Positions 1 to 12,913 of a DNA stretch of 56,632 bases are shown piece after piece. The first letter of the stretch is position 1. Every line of letters begins with the position of its first letter. Location: assembly GCA_963575745.1 (NCBI GenBank), contig CAUYUJ010000080.1:62001-118632 (forward strand), written 5' to 3'. Origin of the DNA: Prorocentrum cordatum. Its lineage: Eukaryota. The notes beneath the pieces are model-generated. The model was not told where the DNA came from, did no database searches, and saw nothing but the letters and a program-made list of their open reading frames with translations. The position numbers and the translations under genes are program-made.

Positions 1-647
1 CGGGCTCTCCACCCCCGTGGAGACCCCGCGACGCGGGTGGCACGCCCTCTGCTTCCGAGGCCGGCTGTGTTCGCGCTTCGCGATGCGCGAAGTGCGACGA
101 ATCCTTCAACGCTCTCGCGCTGCCCCCCTGGGGGCGCAGAGGAGGATGAGGGAGGATGAAGGGGGAGGAATCGCGAACCGCGAATGCCTTCGAGCCCCCG
201 TGGCGTGCCCTCTGCTTCTGCTCGAGACTCGGCGCCGCACGAGAGGCCGCTGCTTGGCCAACTGGCGACGCTCCGAGGAGGCGTGCGCCTCGGGGGGGGG
301 GCCGCCTCCACTGCCCGAGAAGTCCGGGGAGGGGCCCGATGCAGGAATCGGCTGCCATTAGCTCCGATGCGGACTGTGGCGCTGCTGCGTCACGGTGCGC
401 CCTCGCCATGGCGAGTGTCTGAGCGGTGGCCGGCCCTCCCTCCCTGTATGCCCTCCTCCCTCCTCTGTGGCCTCCTGCCTCCCCCCTCCTCCTCTCCCTC
501 CTCGCGTCTGGCAAACCGAGGGGAGGAGCAAGAATCTGCGCGCCAACAGGCTGAGATGGCACTCCCTGCACGGCGAGTGCAGCGAAGGCGCCTACGCGTC
601 GCAGGAGGGAGCAGAAACTCAGCTACCAATAATGCAACGATATAGAT

Positions 648-1320
648 ATCCGCCACCATTCCGTAGGCACCGAGTGGAGTGTCGCCAGGTCCCCGTCCTC
701 CAAAATTGATAATGCAAATGCTTCCTCTGTAAATGACGGAGCCACAGGGATCCCGGAATTCTCGGGCGCAAATGTGCGCGCCTGGGGCTTGTAGCGCTGC
801 TTCTCCCAAGGCCTCAGGAGCATTGCTGGGATTCCGGACTTCCCACGTGTCCCAAGATGGCCCCGGGGGGTCGTCCTGTGGCTCTTTCGGGGGCATCCTG
901 TGCCGTCTGTGAGGCCCTGGGGGTCGGCCCAAGCCAAAATCAGTGTAACGCAATTGGACATTGTATGCTATCAGTTTGCTCCGCCTTTCGATCTTTAGCT
1001 ACAAGCGTCCATGGCGGCCCAACAGGCCCCAAAGATCCCACCAAAACGGCCCCCAGGGCCCCCGAGAGATGCTCAATAGGCCACGCCACCGCTGCGTCGC
1101 TTTGAAACCACTCCTCCAAGAACGCTCCGAGACCCCAATAGGCCTCCACGAGGCAGCTGACCAGCCCCAGAGAGGCCCCGGAGGTCTCCAAGAGGCCCCC
1201 CAGTAACCTTCAAGAGGCTGCGAGGCAGCCAAGCGATCTCCCGGGAAACCCCAAGAGGCATCACAGAGGCCATTTGTCCACGACCCAGGCATGGTGGCGG
1301 GACGGGCGGAAGGCCACTAG
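648..1320 (+). mobile_element. Non-autonomous Helitron2/DINE-like element, family A (degenerate copy)
   Basis: Head ATCCGCCACCATTCC, internal CCAAGA array (~1010-1260), tail GGCATGGTGGCGGGACGGGCGGAAGGCCACTAG. Confidence 0.55.
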
Positions 1321-3362
1321 ATAGAAAGGACATGGGAGCCCAGAACGACCCCCGATCCCCTTCGATCGGACCTGTCGGACGTCATCGCCCAATGCGTAGA
1401 CCATGACGCTGGGATCACCCCCCTTCCATCGGAGAACCCAGGATTCGCACGACAAGGCTCTGGAGAACCACGCCACACACTTGCAAACGCTTGCCTGGAA
1501 TGCCCGAACCGAACATGCGGAGGCTGGAAATCCTCCCCATTGCTCCCGTCCCCCGCCCTGCTTCCAGTACCACCTTCTCTCCAATGGTCCTATCGAAGAG
1601 ACTACGAAGCGTCGGTTTGGGCTCCTGCGGAAACACACGCCGTCAATCACTGATGATCCCGTCTAGCCTCGGCCGGAAGTCATGGATGAGGGAGAACAAG
1701 AAACAAGAGGAACAGCATGCAATTGTCCGCGGCCGTCCTCCCCCGCCTCCCCCTGCTTCCCCCCCTAAACAAAACGACCCGATGCTCCTTGGCACCCGCC
1801 GATCGGGACGGGAGAGGAGGCAAGACAGGAGAGGCGGGAAAAGCGGAGGGTGAAGAGACAAGGGTTTGGGTGACCCAACCTGAAAGGGAGTGGGGCATTG
1901 TAAGTGTATTGCGCCGGAGAACTGTATCGCATTGTATTGCAAGTAATGTCTTGCACACGAAAATACAGCAAATACATTTGCGCCCCGAACTGTATCGCAC
2001 GCCCCAAATGTATTGCAACCCCACAAATCTATCGCACCAAATCCATTGCACCACCCCCTTGTCGCTGGACCCCCTTTTGGGTCAACGCTTTGGAGTCCCG
2101 AGGCGGTGCGGCGACACACCGTGCGGTGACCTCGAAATCCCCCAAGACCTCACCGCACGGTCCGTCACCGCACGGTTCTGGGACCCTGGAGGCCCCTGTC
2201 GCCCGAGACGTCCTCGGCGAACGACCCGAGTCCCAAAACCGTGCGGTGACCCCGAATCCCCACCGACTCACCGCAAAGTGTGGTCACCACCCCGTTTGGG
2301 GGCCCCCGAAACCCGAAAGGGGGGACGGGAGCAAGGCAAATCGGCAGGGAGAACGAGGATCAGCGTCACGCCGCCGTTGGGGCGAGCCCGTCAGCGTGCC
2401 ACTCCTTCGTCTCTGTCCGAAGCCCCAGCGCTCCCCCCACAAGAACACGACTTATGGGTTCCACACGGCGCCGTGCCATTCTCGGCGGCCAGCCAGGCCG
2501 GGGGGGGGAAGGGAGAGGGGGCGGGCCTGCTCAAAGAGCTCGAAGAGTCCTCTGGCCTTCTGGACAAAAATTCCGAGTCGCCCCCGAAGGCGCAGACAAC
2601 CCGTCAGAGGCCGGCAGGGCTTTTGAGAAGCCCCGCCGCCCTCTACGAACGCCTCCTCACTCTCACCTCCCCCCTTCGCGCACCGCTGAATTTGGCTCTT
2701 GGGTCAGAAAACTCGGGTCTCCAGCGGGCGCTCGGGACGACCCGGGCACCCCCTGGGACGCCCTCGCGCCGAGGCGCAGCTGCTGGCACTAGGCTTCCCG
2801 AGTCTGGAAGGCCGCCGGGAACCGACGGGAGCGCCCGAAGACCACGAACCTCGAGCCCGCAACTTCCCCCCTTCGCTCGCCCCGAAATTCTGGTGGGGGA
2901 CGGACGACGGGAGGGGGCAGCGAGATCGCGCCGCGGCCGCCTGTGCTTGTCATTGTTGCGGGGGGCCGGCACTGGCCCTTCCGGGGGGGGGAGGCACACG
3001 TGGAGAGGCTGGCAGCCAGGACGATGGAAGCGAGGTCGCCGTGAGGCAAAGCAAGCGGGTCCTGAGGGAAGCGAGTCCCGCGGCGTTTCGCCGCGTCCAG
3101 CCTCTCGGGCCTCTCGGGGCCCTCTCTGGGCCCCGAGGCCACCCAGGAGGCTCGAAGAGGCCAGAACGAGGAGCGGGGAAGCTGCGGGCAAGACTCGGAT
3201 CCACGTTCACTGCGTCGTGGAGCTTCGGACCCAGTGGAGATGGACACATCCAGGGCCCTTCTTGTCCATGCCCACTGCGCTTCGGCCTCTTCGGCGCCCC
3301 TTCCCAGAGGAAAGCCCGAGACGCAGAGGACGCGGACACAGAGGTTGCCCGCAGTCGCGGCA

Positions 3363-3542
3363 CAGTGGAGGCCAGTCCACAAGAAACCTTCAACAAGAAA
3401 CCCAACCCTGAGACCCCAGGACGTCCACAATCTTCTAGTGTGGGAACGTCACGCCTTCCATGGCAAAGCCACCGAAACCCACGACACCCAGGGAGGGCAC
3501 CCTGGAGGCAGTCAGGGTGCTTTTTGGCATGGGCACCCACTG
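3363..3542. mobile_element. Tc1/mariner-type MITE, diverged copy
   Basis: CAGTGGAGGCCAGTCCACAAGAAACCTT ... GGCACCCACTG-TA, colinear with 28803-28978. Confidence 0.7.
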
Positions 3543-3600
3543 TATCGGTGCGGCCTCCTCTGATGGGCCTGTTTTCCACCACGACCACCACCATAAGCTG

Positions 3601-3734
3601 GAGGGGGGAAGGAGGTGGAGGAGGAGGTGGAGGAGGAGGAGGACGAAGAGGAGGAGGAGGAGGAGGAGGAGGAGGAGGAGGACGACGACGAAAAGGAGGA
3701 GGAGGAGGACCCCCTCCCCTCCCCCTCCAACGTA

Positions 3735-3795
<61 letters not shown>

Positions 3796-3840
3796 GGTGG
3801 TGGTGGTGGTGGTGGTGGTGGTGGTGGCGGTGGTGGCGGT
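3601..3840. repeat. Compound trinucleotide microsatellite (GGA)n-(GTT)n-(GGT)n
   Basis: Read directly. Other (CCT)n/(GAG)n tracts lie at ~4260-4390, 14190-14300, 23800-23900, 24600-25200, 25960-26130 and 27250-27320. Confidence 0.95.
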
Positions 3841-4064
3841 GAAAAACAGGCCCATCCTCCTCGCCCTGAAGGGGCGGGGCGCCCCCCGAGGGAGGCGCGG
3901 AGCCCCGGGAGGGGGCAGCGGCAGGCGGGGCGGGGCGGGCAGCACTGGGGCGCAGCGGCGGGCGAGCGGCAGGACGCGGGCGGCGCGGAGGAGCGGGGGC
4001 CTCTCTCTCTCTCTCTCTCTCTCTCCACGGGATGGGGCCCGAGACTGCGCGGGGGAGGCCGCGC

Positions 4065-4161
4065 CTGAGGACTCTGAGGGCCTCCTCGATCCGCCTGGAC
4101 AGCTCCTCGTGGCTGGTGAGGTTGAGGAGCAGCTCGCTCTGGGGCAGCTCAAGCAGCATGC
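4065..4161 (-). CDS. Exon encoding the C-terminal half of the MLLE/PABC domain
   Basis: Acceptor CCACAG|GC ATG. Translates (G)MLLELPQSELLLNLTSHEELSRRIEEALRVL, matching the MLLE pattern GMLLExxxxELLxxLxSxExLxxKVxEAxxVL. Phase-compatible with exon 11489-11600, giving ITG|MLLE. Probable GC donor at 4064. Confidence 0.8.
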
Positions 4162-5759
4162 CTGTGGCCAGGGCGAACCATCAGCACGAATACGCTCAAA
4201 GCGGCAGCCGAGCCTGAAACATTGGCATCCAGCCTCCCAGAGGCCTCCCTCCATGTTCTCCTCCTCCTCCTCCTCCTCCTCCTCTCCTCCTCCTCGTCCT
4301 CCTCCTCCTCCTCCTCCTCCTCCTCCTACTCCCCCTCCGCCTCCTACTCCCCCTCCGCCTCGTCCCCCCCACTGCTCCGCCCCCTCCTCCTCCTGATTCC
4401 TGATGGCTGGGAATATCGTCGATCGTAGCCCTCGTCTCCTCCTCCTGATGGCTGGGAAGATCGTCGATCGTAGCCCTCGCCTCCTCTGCCTCTTTCTCCT
4501 CCGCCTCCCCACGTTATCCTGACCCAGAAATCCGATCAGAATCGGTCCCTGGACCCTCCCTTCCAGGATCCTCAGACATCTGTCCTCCTGATTTTCCACC
4601 ACCTAGCTCGCAAGGGGTCTGGACTCTTTCCTGGGGGCCCTGTTTTCCACCCTGGCTCGGTTCTTGACAGCCCCGTGGCCTGGCAAACGCCCTCGGAGAC
4701 AATTTCCCGAAACCTTCCGTCGTACTGATCTCGCGACGCGCGGCTGGCAGGGGTCGGAAATCCGCCTGGCCTCGTCCTGGGCCGACGCTGCGGGGCTTGA
4801 AGGAGGGCGTCCGAGGCCAAGACTCGAGAGAAGAACCTTGGGCGCGGTTTTCTGGAACCCCCTATTCCTCTTCTTCCTCCTCCAGAAACGCAACATTGTA
4901 GATCACACATCAAGCGCTATGCTTTCAAACCTCCTCCGCTGTCCTCCCTTCTCCTCCCTCTTCCTCTTGCTGTTCCTCGTCCTGTCAATATCCGTCCCAC
5001 TGTCTTTTATACAAGCAACCCCTCCTTGTCGCACCACCTCACGTGTCCGTATGCTCGGACGGGCGTTCAACTTGAGACTTCCCTGTCGTGTATTTCATCG
5101 AGGTCAAGAGCTTCCAGGAATTACGCTGATGCAGGGCCCGTTGTTTTCAAGCTGTAGGTTTCGCCTCATCGCCGCGCAAATTGGTGTTACACTTTTCCGT
5201 TATTTACACGGACTGCGGGCCAGGCGTCTTAAAAAGTCACTCTCGCCTGCGCAACGAACACACATTGGTCTCAAACAACTCCAGCACTTAAACGGATGGA
5301 GGTCAGCACGTTTTCGAAAAGAGGATCTCGCTTGAGGCGTCCTCAAGGAAGAAATACGATTCGTGAGAGGATGCGTAAACATAACATGGATGAGAGGCGG
5401 CTCCTTTTTCGAAATGGTGCTATCGCCCGAGGCTGCGATTGATCTCACGACCGGATGCCAAATAATTGTGCAGAAGCTCTACAGACACAGGGCGGTCCGT
5501 TGTTCAGAGCGGGGCTGTCGCTGGGCACTTCCAAGAGCTTCAGAACACGCCCTGTCGCATTCCTTTTCGGGGAGACGAAAGACTTGGGTACGGGGGACTC
5601 GGGTTGGCCTGACGGGGCCATTATAAAAAATAACGAGACGCGAACTCTCGCTGCAAACCTCCCACGACAACTGGGCCGTCAAAATCGAGGACGCGCTCGT
5701 CAAAAAACGTCGGCAACCCCGAGTTCCGGCTTACTCGAGTTTTTACGCTTCCCCGACTT

Positions 5760-6571
5760 ATCCGCCACCGTGCCTCTGGGCACGGAGTGGGCCTGCACTC
5801 AGGTGCTTTCCCTCATCCTCGAAGCCTCAATCCTCACTCCTGCTGATGCTGAGTATTTCAAGGGCCCGGACCCAAAATTGCCAAACCTCGCGGGGCTTAA
5901 CGCGTGCGCCCTGGGGTTCCTGGCATCTCCTCGCTTGACTTTCGCGGGTCCAAGGGGCCCCAAGACGGGCCAAGAAGGCCCCACGAGGCCCTCAAGACGG
6001 TCCAAGAGGGCCCCGAGACTACAAAAGATCGCCCCAAGACGCCCAAGATGGCCTCAAGACGGCCCAAGAGGCCTCCAAGAAGCCCAGAGAGGCCTCCAAT
6101 AGGCCTCGCAACATGGCCCCAGGATGCAAACATCATTCATTTGCCGTAGGTGTTTGAAGGACGTTTGCGTTATTACATGTTCGGCTTCCCGACGCTCCCA
6201 GATGGCTCAAGAGGCCCCCAAGACCACATCAAGGCGGCCCCAGAGGCCTCGAAAAGGGTCCCCAAAGGGGGCCTCAGAAAGTCCCAACAAAGACCCAAGG
6301 GGGGGAACATGAACCGAAAATCCGAGACTTCCGCCCTAAGTGGCCGCCAGGAGCCCCCAAGAGGCCCTAAGAGGCCTCCAAGACAAGAGGCCACCAAGAG
6401 GCCTCAAGGGGCCCAAACGAGGCTCCAAGAGGTCCCAAAACAGCCCCTCAGAGGCATCATAAGCTGCCTCCAAGAGGTTCCCGAGAGGCCTCCCACGAGA
6501 TCCCAACGAACATCCAGCAGGCTTCACACCCACAACCGAGGCACGGTGAAGGATTAGCCGAAAGCCACTAG
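5760..6571 (+). mobile_element. Non-autonomous Helitron2/DINE-like element, family A
   Basis: Head ATCCGCCACCGTGCC-tctg-GGCACGG (hairpin), ~11-bp CCAAGA array, tail GGCACGGTGAAGGATTAGCCGAAAGCCACTAG. Confidence 0.6.
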
Positions 6572-8716
6572 ACCTGCTTGGCATGGGGACGGAAAGCGCA
6601 CTTACTTTCAGAGCGCACGAAACCGCTGGCTCGTCCGCTCTTACACCTCTTATTGACTCCCTTCCCCTCGCTCTTGTCCTATCCCAGCCTCGGAGAGTCG
6701 CGGAGCGTTCTTTGAGCGCGTTTCTTGTTTTGGAGGGGGCGGTCGGGTCGTGTTGCGTTTTCCGCGTTTGGGCTGCCAGCTTTCCAGAACCCCTCGTTTT
6801 CCTTGCGTGGACCGCTCGTTGTCCACGCGTTGCCGCCCGTCCCTGTGCCCTGGCGTCAAGAACTTATTACGCCGCAGCTCTCTATTGGGAGCTTTGGTCG
6901 TATCAGCTCGATTACGTCACCGCTCGCTCTTGGGAGCCGCGGTGCTAAGAGTCTTTGGGAGTTTTTTGGGGCCTCTTGGGGGGCTCTTGGGGAGCCTCGT
7001 GGGTGCCTCTTGGGGACCGTTTGGGGCTTTTCGGGGGCCTCTGGGGGCCTCCGGGGAGCTTCTGGGCTGCGGGGGTGAAGGGATTAGGCTGCCTTTGGCC
7101 GTCTTTGGGCTCTCTTGGGGGCGGTCTTGGGGGCCTTCTTGGGGCCGTCCTGGGGCCGTCTTGGCGCCTCTTGGGCCGTCTTGGCGCCCTCTTGGGCCGT
7201 TTTGGGGCCTTCTTGGGGGCATCTTGGGCCTTCTTGGGGCGCTCTTGGGGGCCTCTTGGACAGTCTTGGACGACTCTTGGCCCGTCTTGGCGCCCTCTTG
7301 GGCTATTTTGGGGGCTTCTTGGGAACATCTTGGGCCGTCTTGGGGCGGTCTTGGGGGCCTCTTGGACCGTCTTCAACGCCATGAAAAGCGAAAAACCGTA
7401 TATGCTAGAAATGCACGTTTTCCTCAAGAAAATCAATGAGTTTGACCTCTTGGGGCCCTCTTGGGACGCCTCGTGGGCGCCTCCTGGGGCGTCGTGGAGG
7501 CCTCTTGGGACGTCTTGGGGCCGTCTTGGGCGGTCTTGGGCTCTCTTGGAGCGCTCTTGGGCCGTCTTGGGCGCTTCTTGGGCCGTCTTGGGCCGTCTTG
7601 GGCGCTGTCTTGGCCGCTTCGTGGGCTGTCTTAGGCGCCTAAGACGGCCCAAGAAGCGCCCAAGAAGCGTTCTCCGATGATGTCTCGAGCGAAACGCTGT
7701 GTTTAAGCCCCAAAGGCCGTCCTACTCGATAAAAAACGAGGCGGGAAGGCAATTCGACCTGCTCGGCACGGGGACGGAAAGCGCACTTACTTTCAGAGCG
7801 CACGGGATCGCTGGCTCGTCCGCTCTTACACCTCTTATTGACTCCCTTCCCCTCGCTCTTGTCCTATCTCAGCCTCGGAGAGTCGCGGAGCTTTCTTTGA
7901 GCGCGTTTCTTGTTTTGGAAGGGGGCGGTCGGGTCGCGTTGCGTTTTCCGCGTTTGGGCTGCCAGCTTTCCAGAACCCCGCGTTGTCCTTGCGTGGACCG
8001 CTCGTTGTCCACGCGTTGCCGCCCGTCCCTGTGCCCTGGCTGCAAGAACTTATTACGCCGCAGCTCTCTGTTGGGAGCTTTGGTCTTATCAGCTCGATTA
8101 CGTCACCGCTCGCTCTTGGGAGCCGCGGTGCTAAGAGCCTTTGGGAGTATTGTGGGCCTCTTGGGAGGCTCTTGCGGAGTCTCTTGGGTGCCTCTTGGGG
8201 ACCTTTTGGGGCTTCTCGGGGGCTTCTTGGCGCCTCCTGGGGGCTTCTGGGTGGCGGGGGTGAAGGGACTAGGCTGCCTTTGGCAGTCTCTTTGGGCTCT
8301 TGGGGCGGTCTTGGGGGCCTCTTGGACCGTCTTCAACGCCATGAAAAGCGAAAAACCGTATATGCTAGAAATGCACGTTTTCCTCAAGAAAATCAATGAG
8401 TTTGACCTCTTGGGGCCCTCTTGGGACGCCTCGTGGGCGCCTCCTGGGGCGTCGTGGAGGCCTCTTGGGACGTCTTGGGGCCGCCTTGGGCGGTCTTGGG
8501 CTCTCTTGGATCGCTCTTGGGCCGTCTTGGGCGCTTCTGGGGCCGTCTTGGGCCGTCTTGGGCGCTGTCTTGGCCGCTTCTTGGGCTGTCTTAGGCGCCT
8601 AAGACGGCCCAAGAAGCGCCCAAGAAGCGTTCTCCGATGATGTCTCAAGCGAAACGCTGTTTTTAAGCCCCGAATGCAGTCCTACCCGATAAAAAACGAG
8701 GCGGGAAGGCAATTAG
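6572..8716. repeat. Two head-to-tail copies (6572-7757, 7758-8716) of a ~1.0-1.2-kb element with TCTTGG (reverse CCAAGA) arrays
   Basis: Both start ACCTGCTYGGCAYGGGGACGGAAAGCGCAC and end GAGGCGGGAAGGCAATTMG. Copy 2 has a shorter internal array. Confidence 0.85.
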
Positions 8717-8896
8717 ATCCGGGCCCGCGGATGCCACCCCCCTCGAACTCCCCCAACTCCAATTTCTTCCGACTAACGGACCGCACGCTAACGCGCGCTT
8801 TCCGTCATCCGGGCCTGGCGATGCCACCCCCCTCGAACTCCCCCAAATCCACTTTCTTCCGACTAACGGACCGCACGCTAACGCGCGATTTCCGTC
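8717..8896. repeat. 90-bp tandem duplication (2 copies)
   Basis: ATCCGGGCC...GCGCGMTTTCCGTC units start at 8717 and 8807. Confidence 0.9.
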
Positions 8897-9049
8897 ATCC
8901 GCCGGCCCCTGTTGATTCATCATAACAGGGGTACCTGGCGTGCTAGATCCTTTCGGTTTTGGTTTTGGTTCTTTTTCCAAGAGAACTCCCCCTGGGGCTT
9001 CGGCCCGTCCCGCCGGCCACCGGGAAAGGAGCTCAATTGCGCAATTGGT

Positions 9050-10290
9050 CCTCCAAGACGGCTCAAGATGGCCTCCATGATGGCCACGTTGGCCCAACAT
9101 GGCCTCCAAGATGGCCTCCAAGTCCGCCCAAGAGAGGAGGAGATGCCTCCAAGTTCGCCCAAGAAACCGCCGGGACGGCCCAAGACGGCCTAAGAGGTGC
9201 CCAAGAGGCCTCCAAGACGGTCCGAGAGGCCTCCAATAGGTCCTCCAGGAGGGCCCGAAGAGGCCAAACTCATTCATTTGCACTAGGATTTTAGAGGTTG
9301 TTCGTGTTTGCTCCTTTTCGGCTTTTCGACGACCGAAGACGGCCCAGGAGGCCTTCAAGATCGCCCCCACAGCGCCCAAGAGGCCTCCAAGATGGCCTCA
9401 GGACTGCCCAAGAGGCCCCTAAGACATCCCCAAGAGGGCACAAAGACGACCCAAGAGGCCTCCAAGACGCCCAAGATGGCCACTAAGACGGCCCTGGAGC
9501 ACCCCAAGAGGGCCCCAAGTCGGCCCAGAGAGGCCCCCCAAACGGCTTCCGACGGCGTCTGACGGGCCAGGAGCCCTCCAAGATGGCCGAAGTTGGCTCG
9601 AAGCTGGCCCAAGAGGCCTCCAAGAGGGCCTCCAGGCCAGAAATGGCCAACAACCTTGATTGCCCTTAGATTTTTGAAGGGTATTGACATTTGCTTCTTT
9701 TCGGCCTTCCGACGGCCCGAGACGGCCCAAGAGCCCCCAAAGATCGCCCAAAGATCGCCCAAGAGGCCCCCAAGATGGCCCCAGAACAGCCCAAGAGGCC
9801 CCCAAGACGGCCCCAAGAGGCCCCACAGACGGCCCAGGAGGCTTCTAAGACGCCCAAGATGGCCTCCAAGACGGCCCTGGAGCATTTCAAGAGAACCCCA
9901 AGTCGGCCCAGAGAGCTACCCAAACAGCTTCCGACGGCGTCGGACGGGCCAGGAGCCCACCAAGACGGCCGAAGGTGGCCCTAAGATGGCCCAAGACTGC
10001 CCAAGAAGCTTTCAAGAGGGCCTCCAGGAAGGGCCGAAAAGGCCCAAATCATTGACTACCCATGAGTGTTTGAAAGATCGTGGCATTTGCGTGTTTTCGG
10101 ACTTCCGACGGCCCGGGACGGCCCATGTGCCCCCGAAAATCGCCCAAGAAGCCCAAGACGGTCCCAAGAGGCCCCCCAGACGGCCCAAGAGGCCTTCAAG
10201 ACGCTCACGATGGCCTCCAAGACGGCCCAAGAGCCCTCCAAGACGTCCTCCAAAAGGCCCGAAAGGGTCAAAATGGAAGCCACACGGCCA
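9050..10290 (+). repeat. Long degenerate 10-11-bp CCAAGA(C/G/T)GGCC array
   Basis: CCAAGA recurs with 10-11-bp spacing (e.g. 9791, 9802, 9813). Similar arrays lie at ~13330-13760, 20610-20680, 25440-25920 and 30850-30970. Confidence 0.85.
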
Positions 10291-11488
10291 AGATGACCTT
10301 CCAGATGCCCACGTCTTCCCCGAAGGCTTTCCGAACCGATTCGGGGCACACGTGGTCCGATAGCTCGGTAGGTCTGGCCTCAACGTTCGGCCACATGGGC
10401 GCTTCCAAAAAGGCAGGGGGCGGCGGTGACTCGCCGTAGGCGTCTTCGATAGCTGGCTCGAAGGATGAAGGCGGTGTGCGGGCACATGGGCGGATTGCCG
10501 TTCCAGGGGGGCGCCCCGCGCAGCGAAGAGACGAGGAATTCCTGCAGGGACTGTCGAGGGGACTCGGGGTGGGAGGGCGGATTGCAGCGCCGCTGAAACA
10601 TCTTGGGCAAAGACTGGTCCTCCTCCTCCTGCTCCGCCTCCTCCTCCCCTTTTGACGCTGCCCAGACGTGAAGAACAAGCTTGTTGCGCTCCCTCCTCAT
10701 CCCTCTTCCTCCCCCCTCCTACGTGTTCCTGCCCCTCCCAACTCGTTCCTCCTCGCCCCCTTCCCTCTTTCCCCCTCATCGCTCTTCACAAGAGCCCTCC
10801 AAGAGGCACCCCAAGAGTCCCTCTACGCATTCAAGAGGCCTCTAGTCCACCACCCAGTGCACGGTGGTGGGATGGGTCGAAGGCCACTAGATTGAGGTGG
10901 CTCGGTCTTCTGTCTTTGCTCCTGTCTCGAAGTGCTCTTCACGCCCCTCTTGGATCATCGTTGGCCTGTCTTCGCGCGAGGGTCTGCGGAACCGACCGTA
11001 AGGCCTATCTAATTTCGCTCTCCCTTTCTCTCTCTGTCGGTCTCTGGCTTTGACACACGTTCTCTATCTCTCCTTCTCTCTGTCTCTCTCTCTCTCTCTC
11101 TTTATATACACATGCATACACACCTATACTGCAAACGTACATACCATCATGTTGCGATTGGCGCAGGATGCACTCTGGGAGTTCCAGAGTTTCTCGCGGC
11201 CCTCGGCCACTCGTCCTGGGCCATGCGTCTCTGGCCGCGGAGGAGACAAAGAGAACCTGGAACTCTTGGAACGCATCATGATCAATGCGTCCCGCTCCTC
11301 TGGCTACAGGGCGCGCAACCGAGCTCCCACACACTCGCGTGCAGGTGGCCGATGGCCCCTGGGGGCTCCCGACCAGGATTGCCGCTGTTCGGGGGCTGCA
11401 GAACGACGGCCGTGGGAGGCAACGACAAGACCCGCCCAGCCCCCAGGAAGAGCACGCAGGCACGAGCAGAGCGGGACGAGCCCAGCGC

Positions 11489-11600
11489 CTGTGATCCTCT
11501 GCGTGAGCTCCATGCGAGGCTCTATGGCCTGCACCAGATTGAAGAGCTGCTCGCCGTACCGGTGGCGCTGGTCCTCCAGCCGGCGGAACTCCGCCTCTTC
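11489..11600 (-). CDS. Exon encoding the N-terminal half of an MLLE/PABC domain
   Basis: Translates EEAEFRRLEDQRHRYGEQLFNLVQAIEPRMELTQRIT-G, resembling the MLLE pattern QKQxLGExLFxLIQ..P.LAGKITG. Candidate acceptor GAG|G at 11601/11600 (less certain); donor ACAG|GC at 11489/11488. Confidence 0.75.
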
Positions 11601-12003
11601 CTCCGGACGGGGACGGGAACGAGCACGCCAATGGCGAAGACCAGGAGGAGAATGCCAGTGGCGACGACAGCGGCGACGACGATGGTGACGATGAAGGCTG
11701 CGACGGCGACTGTGATGCTGGTGGCGGCTGTGGATATGATGATAATAGTGATCGTATTGTTTGGGTGCGTGTGTGTTTTGTCTGCGTGTGGGGGCAGAGG
11801 AGGGATCTGCCAGTGGCTCGACGGCATCCCGTTCCACTGGTTACGTGTGTCGTGGAACCGTTGTGTCCAAGGGGCGGCCGACCAGTGGGTCGGGCAGGGT
11901 AGGGTAGAGAAGCAGCTCGAAGGGGGCCAGCCAGTGGTCAACACGTGTGGCCCTGGGCAACGAGGGCGCCCACATGCTGGCGTGCACACGTCCCTCCGTG
12001 TAC

Positions 12004-12913
12004 ATCCGCCACCGTGCCGCTGGGCACGGACTGGGCGTGTCCTCGGGTCCTTGGCCCCATCCTCTAAGCTTCCATCCTCAACCTCCCTGTAATCCTCAGT
12101 CCCCAGTCCTCGGTCCTCGGGATTGAGAAGTAAGGGGCCCAGACCCCAGAATTCTCGGTTTCTCCGTGGCGTGTGCCCCCTGGGGCTTGTCGCTTCTTGT
12201 CACGTGACCGTTGCGGGCCCAAGTACATTGTTGCAATGGCTTAGTACTCTGCTCCGTCCTCTGAGCCAGCATGAAGACCATTTTGATATCAGCCAGCAGC
12301 CCAAGACAGTCAAGTAGGGCCCCGAGTCGCCGAACCATCGCTCCAATACGCTCGAGATGGCCCCCTGATGGCCGAAGAGGCCTCCACGACGCCCAAAGAG
12401 GCCTTCAATAGGCCTCCCAAGAGGGCCCCAATAGGACAAACTCATGATTGTTCCTTGGTTTTTGAAAGATTCTGGCGTTCTCGCCTGCTCGGCTTCCCAA
12501 CGCTCCCAGACGGTCCTAGAGCCTAGAGGCCCCCAAGACCGCGCCAAGACGGCCCAAGGCCGCCTCCAAGAGAGCCTCTAAACTACCCAAGAGGACCCCA
12601 CGATAATCCAAGGGGCGCCCAAAACGGCCCAAGAGGGCCCCGAAGGGGCCCCAAAAAGAGAACACGAACCGAACATCCGAGCCTTCCTCCCAAAGAGGCT
12701 CCCAGGAGGCTCCCAAGAGGCGCCGACGAGGCGCTAAGAGGCCTTCAAGAGCCCCCCAGAGGCCCCAAGAGGCCCCCAAGAAGCCCCAAGTTGCCCCCAA
12801 ACGGCCCCTCCGAGAGGCCCCCGAGAAGCCCCACGCGAAATCCCACCGAAACATCAAATAGGCTTCGTACTCACAACCCAGGCACGGTGGCGGGATGGGC
12901 TGACGGCCATCAG
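12004..12913 (+). mobile_element. Non-autonomous Helitron2/DINE-like element, family A
   Basis: Head ATCCGCCACCGTGCC is the inverted repeat of the tail GGCACGGTGGCGGGAT (12881). Internal CCAAGA array; tail ends GGGCTGACGGCCATCAG. Confidence 0.6.

Noticed and set aside
1717..4602. Long 550-565-aa ORFs on both strands
   Set aside because: GC-rich, low-complexity read-through across microsatellites and a MITE; no domain apart from the embedded MLLE exon, which is in another frame.
5200..5448. Possible Zn-finger fragment (CWSC...CVRC) on the minus strand
   Set aside because: Short, followed by stops, and no recognisable family; cannot be supported without a search.
6750..10363. ORFs rich in LGPSWG / PKRPPR
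   Set aside because: These are translations of the 10-11-bp CCAAGA/TCTTGG arrays.
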